This document shows positions 54,375 to 63,029 of a stretch of 64,000 nt of DNA, piece after piece. Source of the DNA: an uncultured Bacteroidota bacterium (lineage in GTDB: Bacteria; Bacteroidota; Bacteroidia; Bacteroidales; B18-G4); contig CAWCAB010000001.1 in the NCBI GenBank assembly GCA_963793485.1, forward strand, positions 270,534 to 334,533. Direction: 5' to 3'. Made by a program: the position numbers and the translations under genes. The notes beneath the pieces were generated by a model, which worked only from the letters and a program-made list of their open reading frames with translations, had not been told where the DNA came from and searched no databases. Within the stretch, counting starts at the first letter, position 1. Each line of letters starts with the position of its first letter.

Positions 54375-56324
54375 TTAATTGATCGACACTGCATTAAATT
54401 TGCATACTTCATCACATGTGCCGCAACCAATACATTTGCTATCGACGATGAAGTGAGGGGCTTTCTTTGATCCAATGATAGCCCCGGTAGGGCATTTTCT
54501 TGCACAAAGGGTGCAGCCGGTGCATTTATCAACATCAATGGAGAAGGTCCTCAACTCGGTGCAGACCCCGGCAGGGCATTTTCTTTCGAAAATATGTTCT
54601 TCATATTCATTTCTGAACCAGCGTAGGGTGCTGAGTACAGGGTTGGGAGCAGTCTGGCCCAGGCCACACAAAGAGGTCTCTTTGATCACTTTACCCAGCT
54701 TTTCCAGTTGCATGACCCCTTTGAAGCGCTCTAATGCATCTGTGTTTCCACCATTGGGCTTGTGGGTGATGTTTTCGAGTATTTCCAGCATGCGTTTGGT
54801 ACCTTCCCGGCAGGGGATACATTTACCACAGCTCTCACGCTGGATAAAATCCATAAAAAACTTGGCTACATCTACCATGCAGGTGTCTTCATCCATAACA
54901 ACCAGTCCGCCGCTGCCCATCATGGCTCCGGCACTGAGCAGGGATTCATAGTCGATCTGTATGTCGAGGTTCTCTTCGGTGATACATCCACCAGATGGGC
55001 CTCCGATCTGCACAGATTTGAATTTTTTCTCGTTGAGGATGCCGCCGGCAATATCGAAAATGATCTCACGTACCGTCGTACCCATGGGGATCTCGATAAG
55101 ACCTGTTAGGGCTACCTTGCCGGATAGAGCAAATACTTTAGTTCCTTTACTGGTTTCGGTTCCAATGGAAGCGAAGTGCTCAGCACCCATTTCTATGATC
55201 GATGGTATATTCGACAGTGTTTCTACATTATTAATGATCGTAGGTTTCCCGAAGAGACCTTTTACGGCAGGGAAGGGTGGACGGGGGCGTGGCATACCAC
55301 GTTTTCCTTCAATGCTATGGATGAGGGCTGTTTCTTCACCACAAACAAAGGCTCCGGCGCCCATCTTGATCACAAATTCCAGATCAAAACCACTTTCATT
55401 AATGTTTTTGCCCAGCAATCCCAGTTCATTAGCTTGCTTAAGGGCTTCCTTCAGCCTGGCAATGGCCAGTGGGTATTCAGCTCTGATATAAACATATGCT
55501 TTTGAAGCTCCGATAGCATAAGCTGCTGTGGCCATACCTTCGATCAGCCTGTGTGGGTCGCCTTCAATCACAGCACGGTCCATAAAAGCACCTGGGTCAC
55601 CCTCATCGGCATTGCAGATCAGGTATTTTTGGTCGGCTTCCTGACGGAAAGCGAAGCCCCATTTAGTACCCGTTGGGAATCCCCCGCCACCTCGGCCGCG
55701 TAATCCACTTTTCGCAATCATTTCGCATACTTCCAGGGGGCTCTTCTCTGTAATGAGTTTCAGAAAGTTTCTGTAACCATCATGGGCAATGTATTCTTCA
55801 ATTGAAGCGGGGTTGATGATTCCGCAGCTCTTCAGCACCATCCTGGTTTGAGGGGCAAAGAATGGGTGTTCATCCATAAATGGAATGCCGGAATAGCTTT
55901 CCAGACTTTCCTGCCTGAACTGCCCTATGGCCAGGTCTGTATCAGGTGTACCTTTAAAAACCTGCTCAAGCAGATCTTCAGCCTTGTCCCCGGTAATATT
56001 CTGAAAGGATATCCTCGTTTTTCCTGGCAATTGGATGTCAACGATGGGTTCAGCTGCGCAAAGTCCGATACAACCAACCTGGATAACAGAGGCTTCAATA
56101 TTTTCTTTCGCTATCCAATTGTTAATGGCTGTCATGGTCTTGTCTGCACCGGCTCCCAACCCACAGGTACCTGCACCAATATAAATGATGGGGTGCCTGG
56201 TGTCCTCATGCCTCAGCATTTTAAGTTGTTGAACTTCGGTTTCTGAGAAGCTTTCCAGTGCCCTCGGGTGCTTAAGATATTGTCTGAGTACTTCCATGTG
56301 TTGATATTTGTGCGTGTTTATCAT
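54375..56324 (-). CDS. hydB: NuoF-like flavoprotein subunit of trimeric [FeFe]-hydrogenase (HydB/HndC)
   Basis: 649 aa. N-terminal thioredoxin-like 2Fe-2S region. FMN/NADH site GRGGGGFPTGTKW, CGKCIPCREG. C-terminal 2x[4Fe-4S] CTGCTLCARKCP / CIGCGTCDEVC. ATGA overlap with hydC. Confidence 0.9.
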   Translation of the reverse strand: MINTHKYQHMEVLRQYLKHPRALESFSETEVQQLKMLRHEDTRHPIIYIGAGTCGLGAGADKTMTAINNWIAKENIEASVIQVGCIGLCAAEPIVDIQLPGKTRISFQNITGDKAEDLLEQVFKGTPDTDLAIGQFRQESLESYSGIPFMDEHPFFAPQTRMVLKSCGIINPASIEEYIAHDGYRNFLKLITEKSPLEVCEMIAKSGLRGRGGGGFPTGTKWGFAFRQEADQKYLICNADEGDPGAFMDRAVIEGDPHRLIEGMATAAYAIGASKAYVYIRAEYPLAIARLKEALKQANELGLLGKNINESGFDLEFVIKMGAGAFVCGEETALIHSIEGKRGMPRPRPPFPAVKGLFGKPTIINNVETLSNIPSIIEMGAEHFASIGTETSKGTKVFALSGKVALTGLIEIPMGTTVREIIFDIAGGILNEKKFKSVQIGGPSGGCITEENLDIQIDYESLLSAGAMMGSGGLVVMDEDTCMVDVAKFFMDFIQRESCGKCIPCREGTKRMLEILENITHKPNGGNTDALERFKGVMQLEKLGKVIKETSLCGLGQTAPNPVLSTLRWFRNEYEEHIFERKCPAGVCTELRTFSIDVDKCTGCTLCARKCPTGAIIGSKKAPHFIVDSKCIGCGTCDEVCKFNAVSIN

Positions 56325-56791
56325 GATTGGGCTTCCGATTTTCTGCAGTTTGCTATGATCTCTTCAATGCTGTTTTCATTCACTTTGGCGTGAAATTCGC
56401 CATTGATGCAAATAACGGGTGCCAGGCCACATGCACCAATACAGGCGACAACCTCGAGGCTGAACAAACCATCACGGGAAGTTTGTCCGGGTTTTATCTT
56501 CAGCAAATCCTGCATCTTTTCCAGTACTGTGGCTGATCCCAGCACGTGGCATGCCGTTCCGCGGCATACCTGGATATGATATTCTCCCTGGGGTTCGAAG
56601 CGGAATTGGTTATAGAATGTAGCTACTCCAAAAATTTTGCTGGCAGGCATATGGAGATGCCTGCCAACTTTCACCACAGAATCTTCTGACAGGTAGCCCG
56701 CCTTTTCCTGTATCGCCTGCAGGATGGGGATCAGCTGATCCTGGCCTGCTCCGGCTTTTGCTTCTAAGATGTTATCTACTACGTCATTCAT
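56321..56791 (-). CDS. hydC: NuoE-like [2Fe-2S] subunit of trimeric [FeFe]-hydrogenase (HydC/HndA)
   Basis: 156 aa. CRGTACHV...CIGACGLAP cysteine pattern of the NuoE/HndA family. Confidence 0.9.
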   Translation of the reverse strand: MNDVVDNILEAKAGAGQDQLIPILQAIQEKAGYLSEDSVVKVGRHLHMPASKIFGVATFYNQFRFEPQGEYHIQVCRGTACHVLGSATVLEKMQDLLKIKPGQTSRDGLFSLEVVACIGACGLAPVICINGEFHAKVNENSIEEIIANCRKSEAQS

Positions 56792-56827
56792 TGTTGTAGG
56801 AATTAGGGGGTTACTTGTGCGTGTTTA

Positions 56828-57346
56828 TTATGCTGATACCTTCTCTGCTTTCTTTTCGAAAAGGCCTTTTACCTCTGCTATCAGTTTGTCAGCTTCGATA
56901 GGTTTTCTGAGGAAACCGTCAACATTGAGCCAGATCGACGGGCCTTCTTCACTCCTGTAATCGATACCGGCATTGCCTGTGATCACATCTTTAATAAGCA
57001 GTACATCCAGTTCGCGGTAGCTCGGGTCATTCCTGAATTCCCTGGCCATTTCCTGCACACTGGCCTTGGTGGTGGTCAGGATGTCAATAGAAGATTGCAT
57101 CAAAACAGGCATGTTTTTGAATTCCGGATTTTCACTCAATTCCTTGGCCATCTCAAAGCCTTCAAAATGTGTGGTCATCATCACATCGAGGATAGCCAGA
57201 TCGGGTTGTTCAGCCCAGGCTTTCTTAATGCCTTCGATCTTATCGTTGGCAGAAATTACTTCATACCCTTCTTTGCTAAGGATAGCAGCAACTACGGTGA
57301 TCACATCGATGTCGTCATCTACGATCAAAATCTTTTTTGTTTCCAT
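56828..57346 (-). CDS. receiver-domain protein with a ~50-aa insertion (first gene of the hydrogenase block)
   Basis: 172 aa. ILIVDDDID...DLAILDVMM...PVLMQSS, then the insert DILTTTKASVQEMAREFRNDPSYRELDVLLIKDVITGNAGIDYRSEEGPSIWLNV before DGFLRKP. Confidence 0.75.
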   Translation of the reverse strand: METKKILIVDDDIDVITVVAAILSKEGYEVISANDKIEGIKKAWAEQPDLAILDVMMTTHFEGFEMAKELSENPEFKNMPVLMQSSIDILTTTKASVQEMAREFRNDPSYRELDVLLIKDVITGNAGIDYRSEEGPSIWLNVDGFLRKPIEADKLIAEVKGLFEKKAEKVSA

Positions 57347-57516
57347 GGTGATTTGTTTTAATAGTTTATGAAAAATTTATGATGCTAAATTAGTCCGGGA
57401 TAGGGGTATGGCACAAGGTGGGAAAGTACCGTTTTTGGGGTGTAAAGAAGTATGACAATAAACGGTAAAAACAGGAAGGGATGAAAGTGAAAACCAGTAA
57501 AAAACTGCAAATTTAA

Positions 57517-57544
57517 GGTGTTGGGTGTTGGGTGTTGGGTGCTA
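57517..57544. repeat. heptanucleotide array, 4 units
   Basis: ggtgttg ggtgttg ggtgttg ggtgcta. Confidence 0.85.
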
Positions 57545-57597
57545 GATTGGCATGTAAGGTGTAGATTTACAGTCTTATGCGTTAATACGCGCACGTA

Positions 57598-57665
57598 CTT
57601 TACCCCCTGGTCCCTTCTCCTTGAGGAGAGGGGGCAAAGGGGGACAGGGGGTTAAGGGGGTGAGG
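57598..57665 (+). other. C-rich/G-rich palindromic element with a four-run G5 tract (G-quadruplex motif at 57630-57660)
   Basis: tttaccccctggtcccttctccttgaggagaGGGGGcaaaGGGGGacaGGGGGttaaGGGGGtgaggtg. cccttctcc and ggagaggg can pair. Confidence 0.6.
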
Positions 57666-57667
57666 TG

Positions 57668-58324
57668 CTAAATTGTCACCAATTTGTTCTTTATCGCAAA
57701 AGAAAGCAGGCTAATTGTGCTTTTGCAATTAGTCTTTGAAAGAAGGTTGGATTTGTGACCTATTACAGTTCGCTCACTGATAAATAATTCTTCTGAAATC
57801 TCACGATTGCTGAGCCCGTCGCAGATCAGCTGGAGGATCTCTTTTTCTCTCCTGGTGAAATGAAGTTCTGTTTTATCATCCTTTTTCTGCTCAGCGAATT
57901 TCTTTCCGAAATATGACCATAATTCAGGTGAATAATAGGTGTTGCCGGAGGCGATGGATTGTAATGCCTGGTCGAGGAGCTCCTTGGTAATGTTCTTGAG
58001 TAGAAAGCCATGCACCCCAATATCCATCATCTTGTCGATGTATTCCTCATCATCAAACATGGTGAGGATCACGATTTTCAGATTTGGAAATTTCTTGATC
58101 GCGATCTCGCTGGCCTCTATTCCGTCCATAATTGGCATCTGAAGATCCAGCAGAACCAGGTCAGCTTGCTTTTCGTCTTGCAACTCGAGAAATTCCTTCC
58201 CGTTGGAAGCTTCCCCAAGCACACTTGCATATTTCAACCTGTTAACCACCATTTTCAACCCATTCCTGAAGAACTCGTGGTCGTCAACAATTAGGATCTT
58301 AAGATTCTTGTCTGATTGCTCCAT
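57668..58324 (-). CDS. LuxR/NarL-family DNA-binding response regulator
   Basis: 218 aa. REC: ILIVDDHEF...DLVLLDLQMPIMDG. C-terminal LuxR HTH: TRREKEILQLICDGLSNREISEELFISERTVIGHKSNLLSK. Confidence 0.9.
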   Translation of the reverse strand: MEQSDKNLKILIVDDHEFFRNGLKMVVNRLKYASVLGEASNGKEFLELQDEKQADLVLLDLQMPIMDGIEASEIAIKKFPNLKIVILTMFDDEEYIDKMMDIGVHGFLLKNITKELLDQALQSIASGNTYYSPELWSYFGKKFAEQKKDDKTELHFTRREKEILQLICDGLSNREISEELFISERTVIGHKSNLLSKTNCKSTISLLSFAIKNKLVTI

Positions 58325-58342
58325 TGTCTTGCAAATGTAATA

Positions 58343-59680
58343 CTATTTAAACGAATCGGAAGGAAGCTTTACCTCTACAATTACCAGTGTTCCGGCTTCT
58401 TTTTTAGAGTGTATCCTGTAGGTTCCATTGATGGAACGCAATCGGCTGATAATGTTCTTCAGTCCCATGCCACTCCCTTCCTGCTTAAGCACTTTGTCGA
58501 GATCAAATCCGATGCCGTCATCCATATAAGTGAGCTGCAAAATATTATCGAATTTCTCCAGATGTACTTCTATTTTAGATGCGGATGCATGTTTGATGCT
58601 GTTGTTAAGAAGTTCAGTAATCACCCTGTAGAGGACCAGCTCAATGGTTTGATCAAAACGGTCCGTGATGGAGGCTTCATAAACAATGTTGACTTTCTGA
58701 CTGAGATTTAATTTTTTGCAAAACGATTCTACCGCCTTGATCAGGCCAAAATTGATGATTACCCTGGGGGTCAGGTTGTTGGCGATTGTCCTTGTGGAAG
58801 AAATGGCTTCGTCGAGAATTTCCGTGGCTTTTAGCAGGAATTCGCTTCGCTCAGCTTTATCAAGATCTTCTGATTCCAGTTCATTTACATAAAGCTTAAT
58901 GGCCGACATCAAAGGCCCAAGATCATCGTGGATCTCGCTTGCTATTCTCTCACGCTCGCGCTCTTCTGCATCAATGACAGCCCTCAGAATTTTCCTTTCA
59001 AGGTGCTTACGCTCTGTAATATCCCTGGCAATAGAAAGGATGGCTTTGCTGCCCTGGTAATTGATTAGACGGCTCTTCATCTCCAGCGATAATATCTGGC
59101 CCTGCTTGCTCAGGTGCTCCGATTCATATGTATGTTTTCCCCTCGCCAGGATCAATTGTATGTTTTCTTTAACCTTGTCAACGTACTTTGGCGTTTTAAT
59201 ATCTGCAAAATTCATTTGTTTGATTTCTGCCTGATTGTATCCAAGGGAATCGCAGGCCACCTGGTTCACCTCCAGGAAATTTCCATTTATGTCGGCAAGG
59301 AAAATTTCATCACTGCTATTATGAAAAAGGGTGCTAAAACGTTTTTCTGATTCTTCCCTGGACTCTTCAGCCTTATTGGCTGAATATAGTATCCTGGCAA
59401 TACCTATCACTGAAAATGCCAGGATCACAGATACAAGGATACCAAGCCATTGATCTACCAGGGTATAGTCATGTACCTCCTTGATTCCCTGCAATGTAAG
59501 CAGGTCAAAGATTCTTCTTATAGCCATGAATATCAGCGCGATAGCAATGAGTATCCAGGCTATTCTGTTCTTTGCATATTTGATCAGCCAGATGGCGCTG
59601 ATAAATGCTACAAACTGCAATACAACAGATAATATTAACGCAATAAAAGTGAACATACTCTTAAGCTCTTGATCCTGCAA
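58343..59680 (-). CDS. membrane sensor histidine kinase (TM-PAS-HisKA_3-HATPase), partner of the LuxR regulator
   Basis: 445 aa. Three N-terminal TM helices, a PAS region, H-box EIHDDLGPLMSAIK, HATPase GSGMGLKNIISR. Confidence 0.85.
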   Translation of the reverse strand: MQDQELKSMFTFIALILSVVLQFVAFISAIWLIKYAKNRIAWILIAIALIFMAIRRIFDLLTLQGIKEVHDYTLVDQWLGILVSVILAFSVIGIARILYSANKAEESREESEKRFSTLFHNSSDEIFLADINGNFLEVNQVACDSLGYNQAEIKQMNFADIKTPKYVDKVKENIQLILARGKHTYESEHLSKQGQILSLEMKSRLINYQGSKAILSIARDITERKHLERKILRAVIDAEERERERIASEIHDDLGPLMSAIKLYVNELESEDLDKAERSEFLLKATEILDEAISSTRTIANNLTPRVIINFGLIKAVESFCKKLNLSQKVNIVYEASITDRFDQTIELVLYRVITELLNNSIKHASASKIEVHLEKFDNILQLTYMDDGIGFDLDKVLKQEGSGMGLKNIISRLRSINGTYRIHSKKEAGTLVIVEVKLPSDSFK

Positions 59681-60033
59681 AGGTATTGTATTGCAGGAAA
59701 ATACTTACATGTTGAATGTCATTTATAGGTATTTAATAGGAAACTATACCTGAAAATCCTTGTTTTTCAAAACATGATGTTATATATTTGCACACAGTTG
59801 GCAAAATACCACCTAGGCAAATAAACAACCAGAGCATCTTTCTAAGGTCTTTTATACCTCAAAATTAATTATTTATGAGGTCAGGAAATTGTGTTTTTTA
59901 TCTAGAGTTTTTAATTGAAAAGCCTGGAGAACAAATACACAGCTAATTTGTTAAAGAGTTTGAAAAAAATAAGCTGCCGACCATGCAGCTAGAAACCCAA
60001 TAACCCAAAAGACAAAATTTAATACAGTAAATT

Positions 60034-60822
60034 ATGAAACGTACAGTACTTCTGGTAGTACCTCTATTCCTTTTTCTGGGAATGGGGATGCAAGCCCAGG
60101 TAGCCATTAATACCGATGGCTCAGCTCCCAACGATGCGGCAATTCTGGATATTAATGCTGCTGACAAAGGCTTACTCATTCCCAGGATGGTGATCACCGA
60201 CCTTGACTCTGATCAAACTCCGGTGGAAAATCCGGTTGAAGGTTTGCTGATATTTAATACAGGAGATACCGATCTGATCCCCACGGGATTTTATTACTGG
60301 GCAGGAGGTAAGTGGCAGATGGTTCAATCCGGAAATTCTTCCTTTACCATTAACCAGCAGATGCAGATGTACGAGGCTGCAGAACTATTTGAGGATAATT
60401 CCTCTCCATACAACAATTTCTTACCTACTAGTTCAGATTATTATGGATGGAAAAGTGCAACTGAAGGCGAAACATTTGGTAATACCAGTACTGATACTGA
60501 GGACCTGACTGCTGATAAAATTATTATCGGCGAAGATGGCCTTTATAAAGTGGAAGTATGTCTCTCATTTTCAGGATCTAATAATTTCCAGGTAGAGGGT
60601 GTGATATTTCATTATTCAGTCGAGACTTTCACTTCAAGCAAAACAAAGATTCGGTTCCTCAGAAAACTTGCTGCACTTGATATTGGCTCAGCTTCTACGC
60701 ACGGTTTGTTACGTCTGCAGGAAGGGGATAAGATCGACTTAAGGTTTAAGTCCAACTCCTGGGGTGAGACTCTGTTTATTCACAATATTAACCTGATTGT
60801 GAATAAAGTAGGGGAACTCTAG
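60034..60822 (+). CDS. secreted protein with C-terminal C1q/TNF-like jelly-roll-like domain (tentative)
   Basis: 262 aa with a signal peptide. N-terminal QVAINTDGSAPNDAAILDI...KGLLIPRM...GLLIFNT...GFYYWAGGKWQ module. C-terminal GEDGLYKVEVCLSF...SASTHGLLRLQEGDKIDLRF resembles C1q-domain hallmarks. Confidence 0.5.
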   Translation: MKRTVLLVVPLFLFLGMGMQAQVAINTDGSAPNDAAILDINAADKGLLIPRMVITDLDSDQTPVENPVEGLLIFNTGDTDLIPTGFYYWAGGKWQMVQSGNSSFTINQQMQMYEAAELFEDNSSPYNNFLPTSSDYYGWKSATEGETFGNTSTDTEDLTADKIIIGEDGLYKVEVCLSFSGSNNFQVEGVIFHYSVETFTSSKTKIRFLRKLAALDIGSASTHGLLRLQEGDKIDLRFKSNSWGETLFIHNINLIVNKVGEL

Positions 60823-60912
60823 GTGAGTAAGGAGTAAACCGAATACCGAAGAACGAAGAACGAACACCGAAGATTAACTTCAGATTTCAGATATCAGGTA
60901 TCAGATATCAAA
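60822..60912. repeat. heptanucleotide tandem array, 13 units, filling the convergent spacer
   Basis: ggtgagt aaggagt aaaccga ataccga agaacga agaacga acaccga agattaa cttcaga tttcaga tatcagg tatcaga tatcaaa. Confidence 0.95.
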
Positions 60913-60916
60913 GTTC

Positions 60917-61534
60917 CTACAGGCCTTTCTTAATAATATACTGAGCCAACTCTCTGCCGGCATTGCCATAGGCCTCACCAATACGTGACGCTGTATTGTA
61001 ATCATTGCCAAACAATCCACTTCCAGGTACTTTTGTCATGGAGATAAGGGTGATCACATTGCCCGGGTCTTCAGTCTTAACGAGCAGGAATTCTAAATTG
61101 ATAGAAGCTCTTTTGCTGGATATTCCTACATTATATCCTGGTTCCAGGAAGGTAGTTTTTACGATAAGGGTGTACTCAGAGTCAGGAGAAGGTCCAACTC
61201 TCATCCCGGTTTCTGCACTCAACATGACCAGGTTAAACATCTGCTCAAACTGGACCTGATAAGTATTTTCTTTATCAGCATGCCATTCGCTTTCCCATTT
61301 ATCGCCTTTTCCGGGCTCATCATCATTATAGTCATTCTTCTTCTTTTCAATATAGGCAGCCTCCGTTTTAAATTTACCTACACCCATTTCTGAGTAGTCA
61401 TATTCAATGTTTAGCTCCGTAATGCCGATAAAACTGCTCATTTCGCCTTTTTCTACCTTAATTTTCTGTGCATTGGCTCCATTTATAAAAAGGCCAAACA
61501 GCAACAGGCTGATGATGATCTTCAGATTTTTCAT
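60917..61534 (-). CDS. hypothetical secreted protein
   Basis: 205 aa with a signal peptide (MKNLKIIISLLLFGLFINGANAQ). No recognisable domain. Confidence 0.5.
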   Translation of the reverse strand: MKNLKIIISLLLFGLFINGANAQKIKVEKGEMSSFIGITELNIEYDYSEMGVGKFKTEAAYIEKKKNDYNDDEPGKGDKWESEWHADKENTYQVQFEQMFNLVMLSAETGMRVGPSPDSEYTLIVKTTFLEPGYNVGISSKRASINLEFLLVKTEDPGNVITLISMTKVPGSGLFGNDYNTASRIGEAYGNAGRELAQYIIKKGL

Positions 61535-61736
61535 GTTTCTTAATCGTTTTGGTTATTATTTATGTAAAGTCCGTGAATTTTGTCATTGGACAATGCTGCT
61601 AAGTTATTAAATATTTAGCTTAAGATTCAATGATAACCCGGTAATTTATACTTATTCCACGGAATCACTTAGACCTATTTTTATACCTTTACTCTTCATT
61701 CAAAGATACCTGGAAAGGCCGCCGGCAAAGTAAAAT

Positions 61737-63020
61737 ATGAAGCAAAAGATCTCCTTCTGGCATAGTGTGGTTTTGATGGTTCATCCTGAAAAAGTCAGGC
61801 TTTCATCATTGGCTTTTAAGAGGACCTTTGGTCTGGGCGGGATGGCAATGCTTTTGTTTACCTTACAGGCCATCACAGGGATTTTGTTGAGGTTTGTTTA
61901 TGAGCCCACGCCCGCCGGAGCCTACGACTCCATACTATTTATCAAATCGGAAGTTGTCTTTGGTAATTTTGTCAGGAATATACACCACTTCAGTGGGATG
62001 CTGATCGTGGTGATCGTGTTTCTTCACCTATTACGGGTATTTTACACTCAGGCCTATTACCCTCCGCGCCGTTTTAATTGGATCATCGGCATATTTCTCC
62101 TGGCCCTCACCATATTATTAAACTTTACAGGCTATTTGCTGCCGTGGGACCAGCTATCATACTGGGCCGTTACGGTAAGTACAAATATGCTTGAGTATGT
62201 CCCCTTGGCCGGAGAGTGGCTTAAGGATGCTGTCAGGGGCGGTGAACAGGTGGGTGGGCCTACATTGTTGATATTCTATAACCTTCATACAGGAGTACTG
62301 CCACTAACCTTATTGGCATTGCTGGTATTCCATTTCTGGAAGATCAGGAAAGCGGGAGGGGTGATCGTTCCACAGGATAAAAATGACAATCAGAATAAGA
62401 TGGTGCCCAGTATTCCCAATCTGCTCGAGCGTGAGGTGGCCATAGGATTGGCTCTGCTGGCCTTTATCCTTTTATTGAGTGTATTTGTTCATGCCCCATT
62501 GCTGGAAAGGGCCGATCCTTCTTTCAGCCCAAACCCGGTAAAGGCGCCATGGTATTTTTCCGGTGTACAGGAACTCCTCTTGCATTTTCATCCCACGGTG
62601 GCCGTCTTTGTCATTCCCATGTTAGCCGTGATATGGTTGCTTAGTTTCCCCTATATGAAACCTGATAAACGCAGTCCGGGAACCTGGTTCTATACTCCAA
62701 AAGGTTTGAAGGTCGTGTACCTGGCGGCAGCTACATCGTTTATCCTGACCATTGCGGGGATCCTTGTGGGAGAATATCTTATCGATTTCCGTACGTGGCT
62801 ACCCAAATGGCCTGAACTGATCTCCAACGGGCTCATTCCACTGCTGATATGGGCAATGTTTTTAATGGGACTGGGCTATTTTGTAAAAAAAGGCTTTAAA
62901 GCCGGCAGAACAGAAATGCAACTCTGGATATTCACATACCTGGTAGTAGCTTACCTGGTGCTTATGTTTACGGGAATATTTTTCAGAGGTGCGGCCATGT
63001 CGCTGACCTGGGCGTTTTAA
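61737..63020 (+). CDS. cytochrome b (fused b6 + subunit-IV-like, extended C-terminus)
   Basis: 427 aa. Haem ligand pairs H-x13-H (IHHFSGMLIVVIVFLH) and H-x14-H (HTGVLPLTLLALLVFH). PWDQLSYWA. Qo-site region reads KAPWYFSG instead of PEWY. Confidence 0.85.
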   Translation: MKQKISFWHSVVLMVHPEKVRLSSLAFKRTFGLGGMAMLLFTLQAITGILLRFVYEPTPAGAYDSILFIKSEVVFGNFVRNIHHFSGMLIVVIVFLHLLRVFYTQAYYPPRRFNWIIGIFLLALTILLNFTGYLLPWDQLSYWAVTVSTNMLEYVPLAGEWLKDAVRGGEQVGGPTLLIFYNLHTGVLPLTLLALLVFHFWKIRKAGGVIVPQDKNDNQNKMVPSIPNLLEREVAIGLALLAFILLLSVFVHAPLLERADPSFSPNPVKAPWYFSGVQELLLHFHPTVAVFVIPMLAVIWLLSFPYMKPDKRSPGTWFYTPKGLKVVYLAAATSFILTIAGILVGEYLIDFRTWLPKWPELISNGLIPLLIWAMFLMGLGYFVKKGFKAGRTEMQLWIFTYLVVAYLVLMFTGIFFRGAAMSLTWAF

Positions 63021-63029
63021 AATATACGG

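Noticed and set aside
54353-54538. The N-terminal extension of the hydA ORF (start at 54538), which overlaps the hydB 3' end.
   Set aside because: MSFDIEINNKKV... at 54352 is the normal start of the 2Fe-2S ferredoxin-like domain. The extension overlaps hydB coding sequence.
52550-55505. Several 86-217-aa + strand ORFs across hydA and hydB (e.g. 52550-53203, 54475-54951, 54961-55491).
   Set aside because: They are antisense to genes with unambiguous hydrogenase and NuoF motifs. The peptides are Ser/Pro/Leu-rich, typical of antisense frames.
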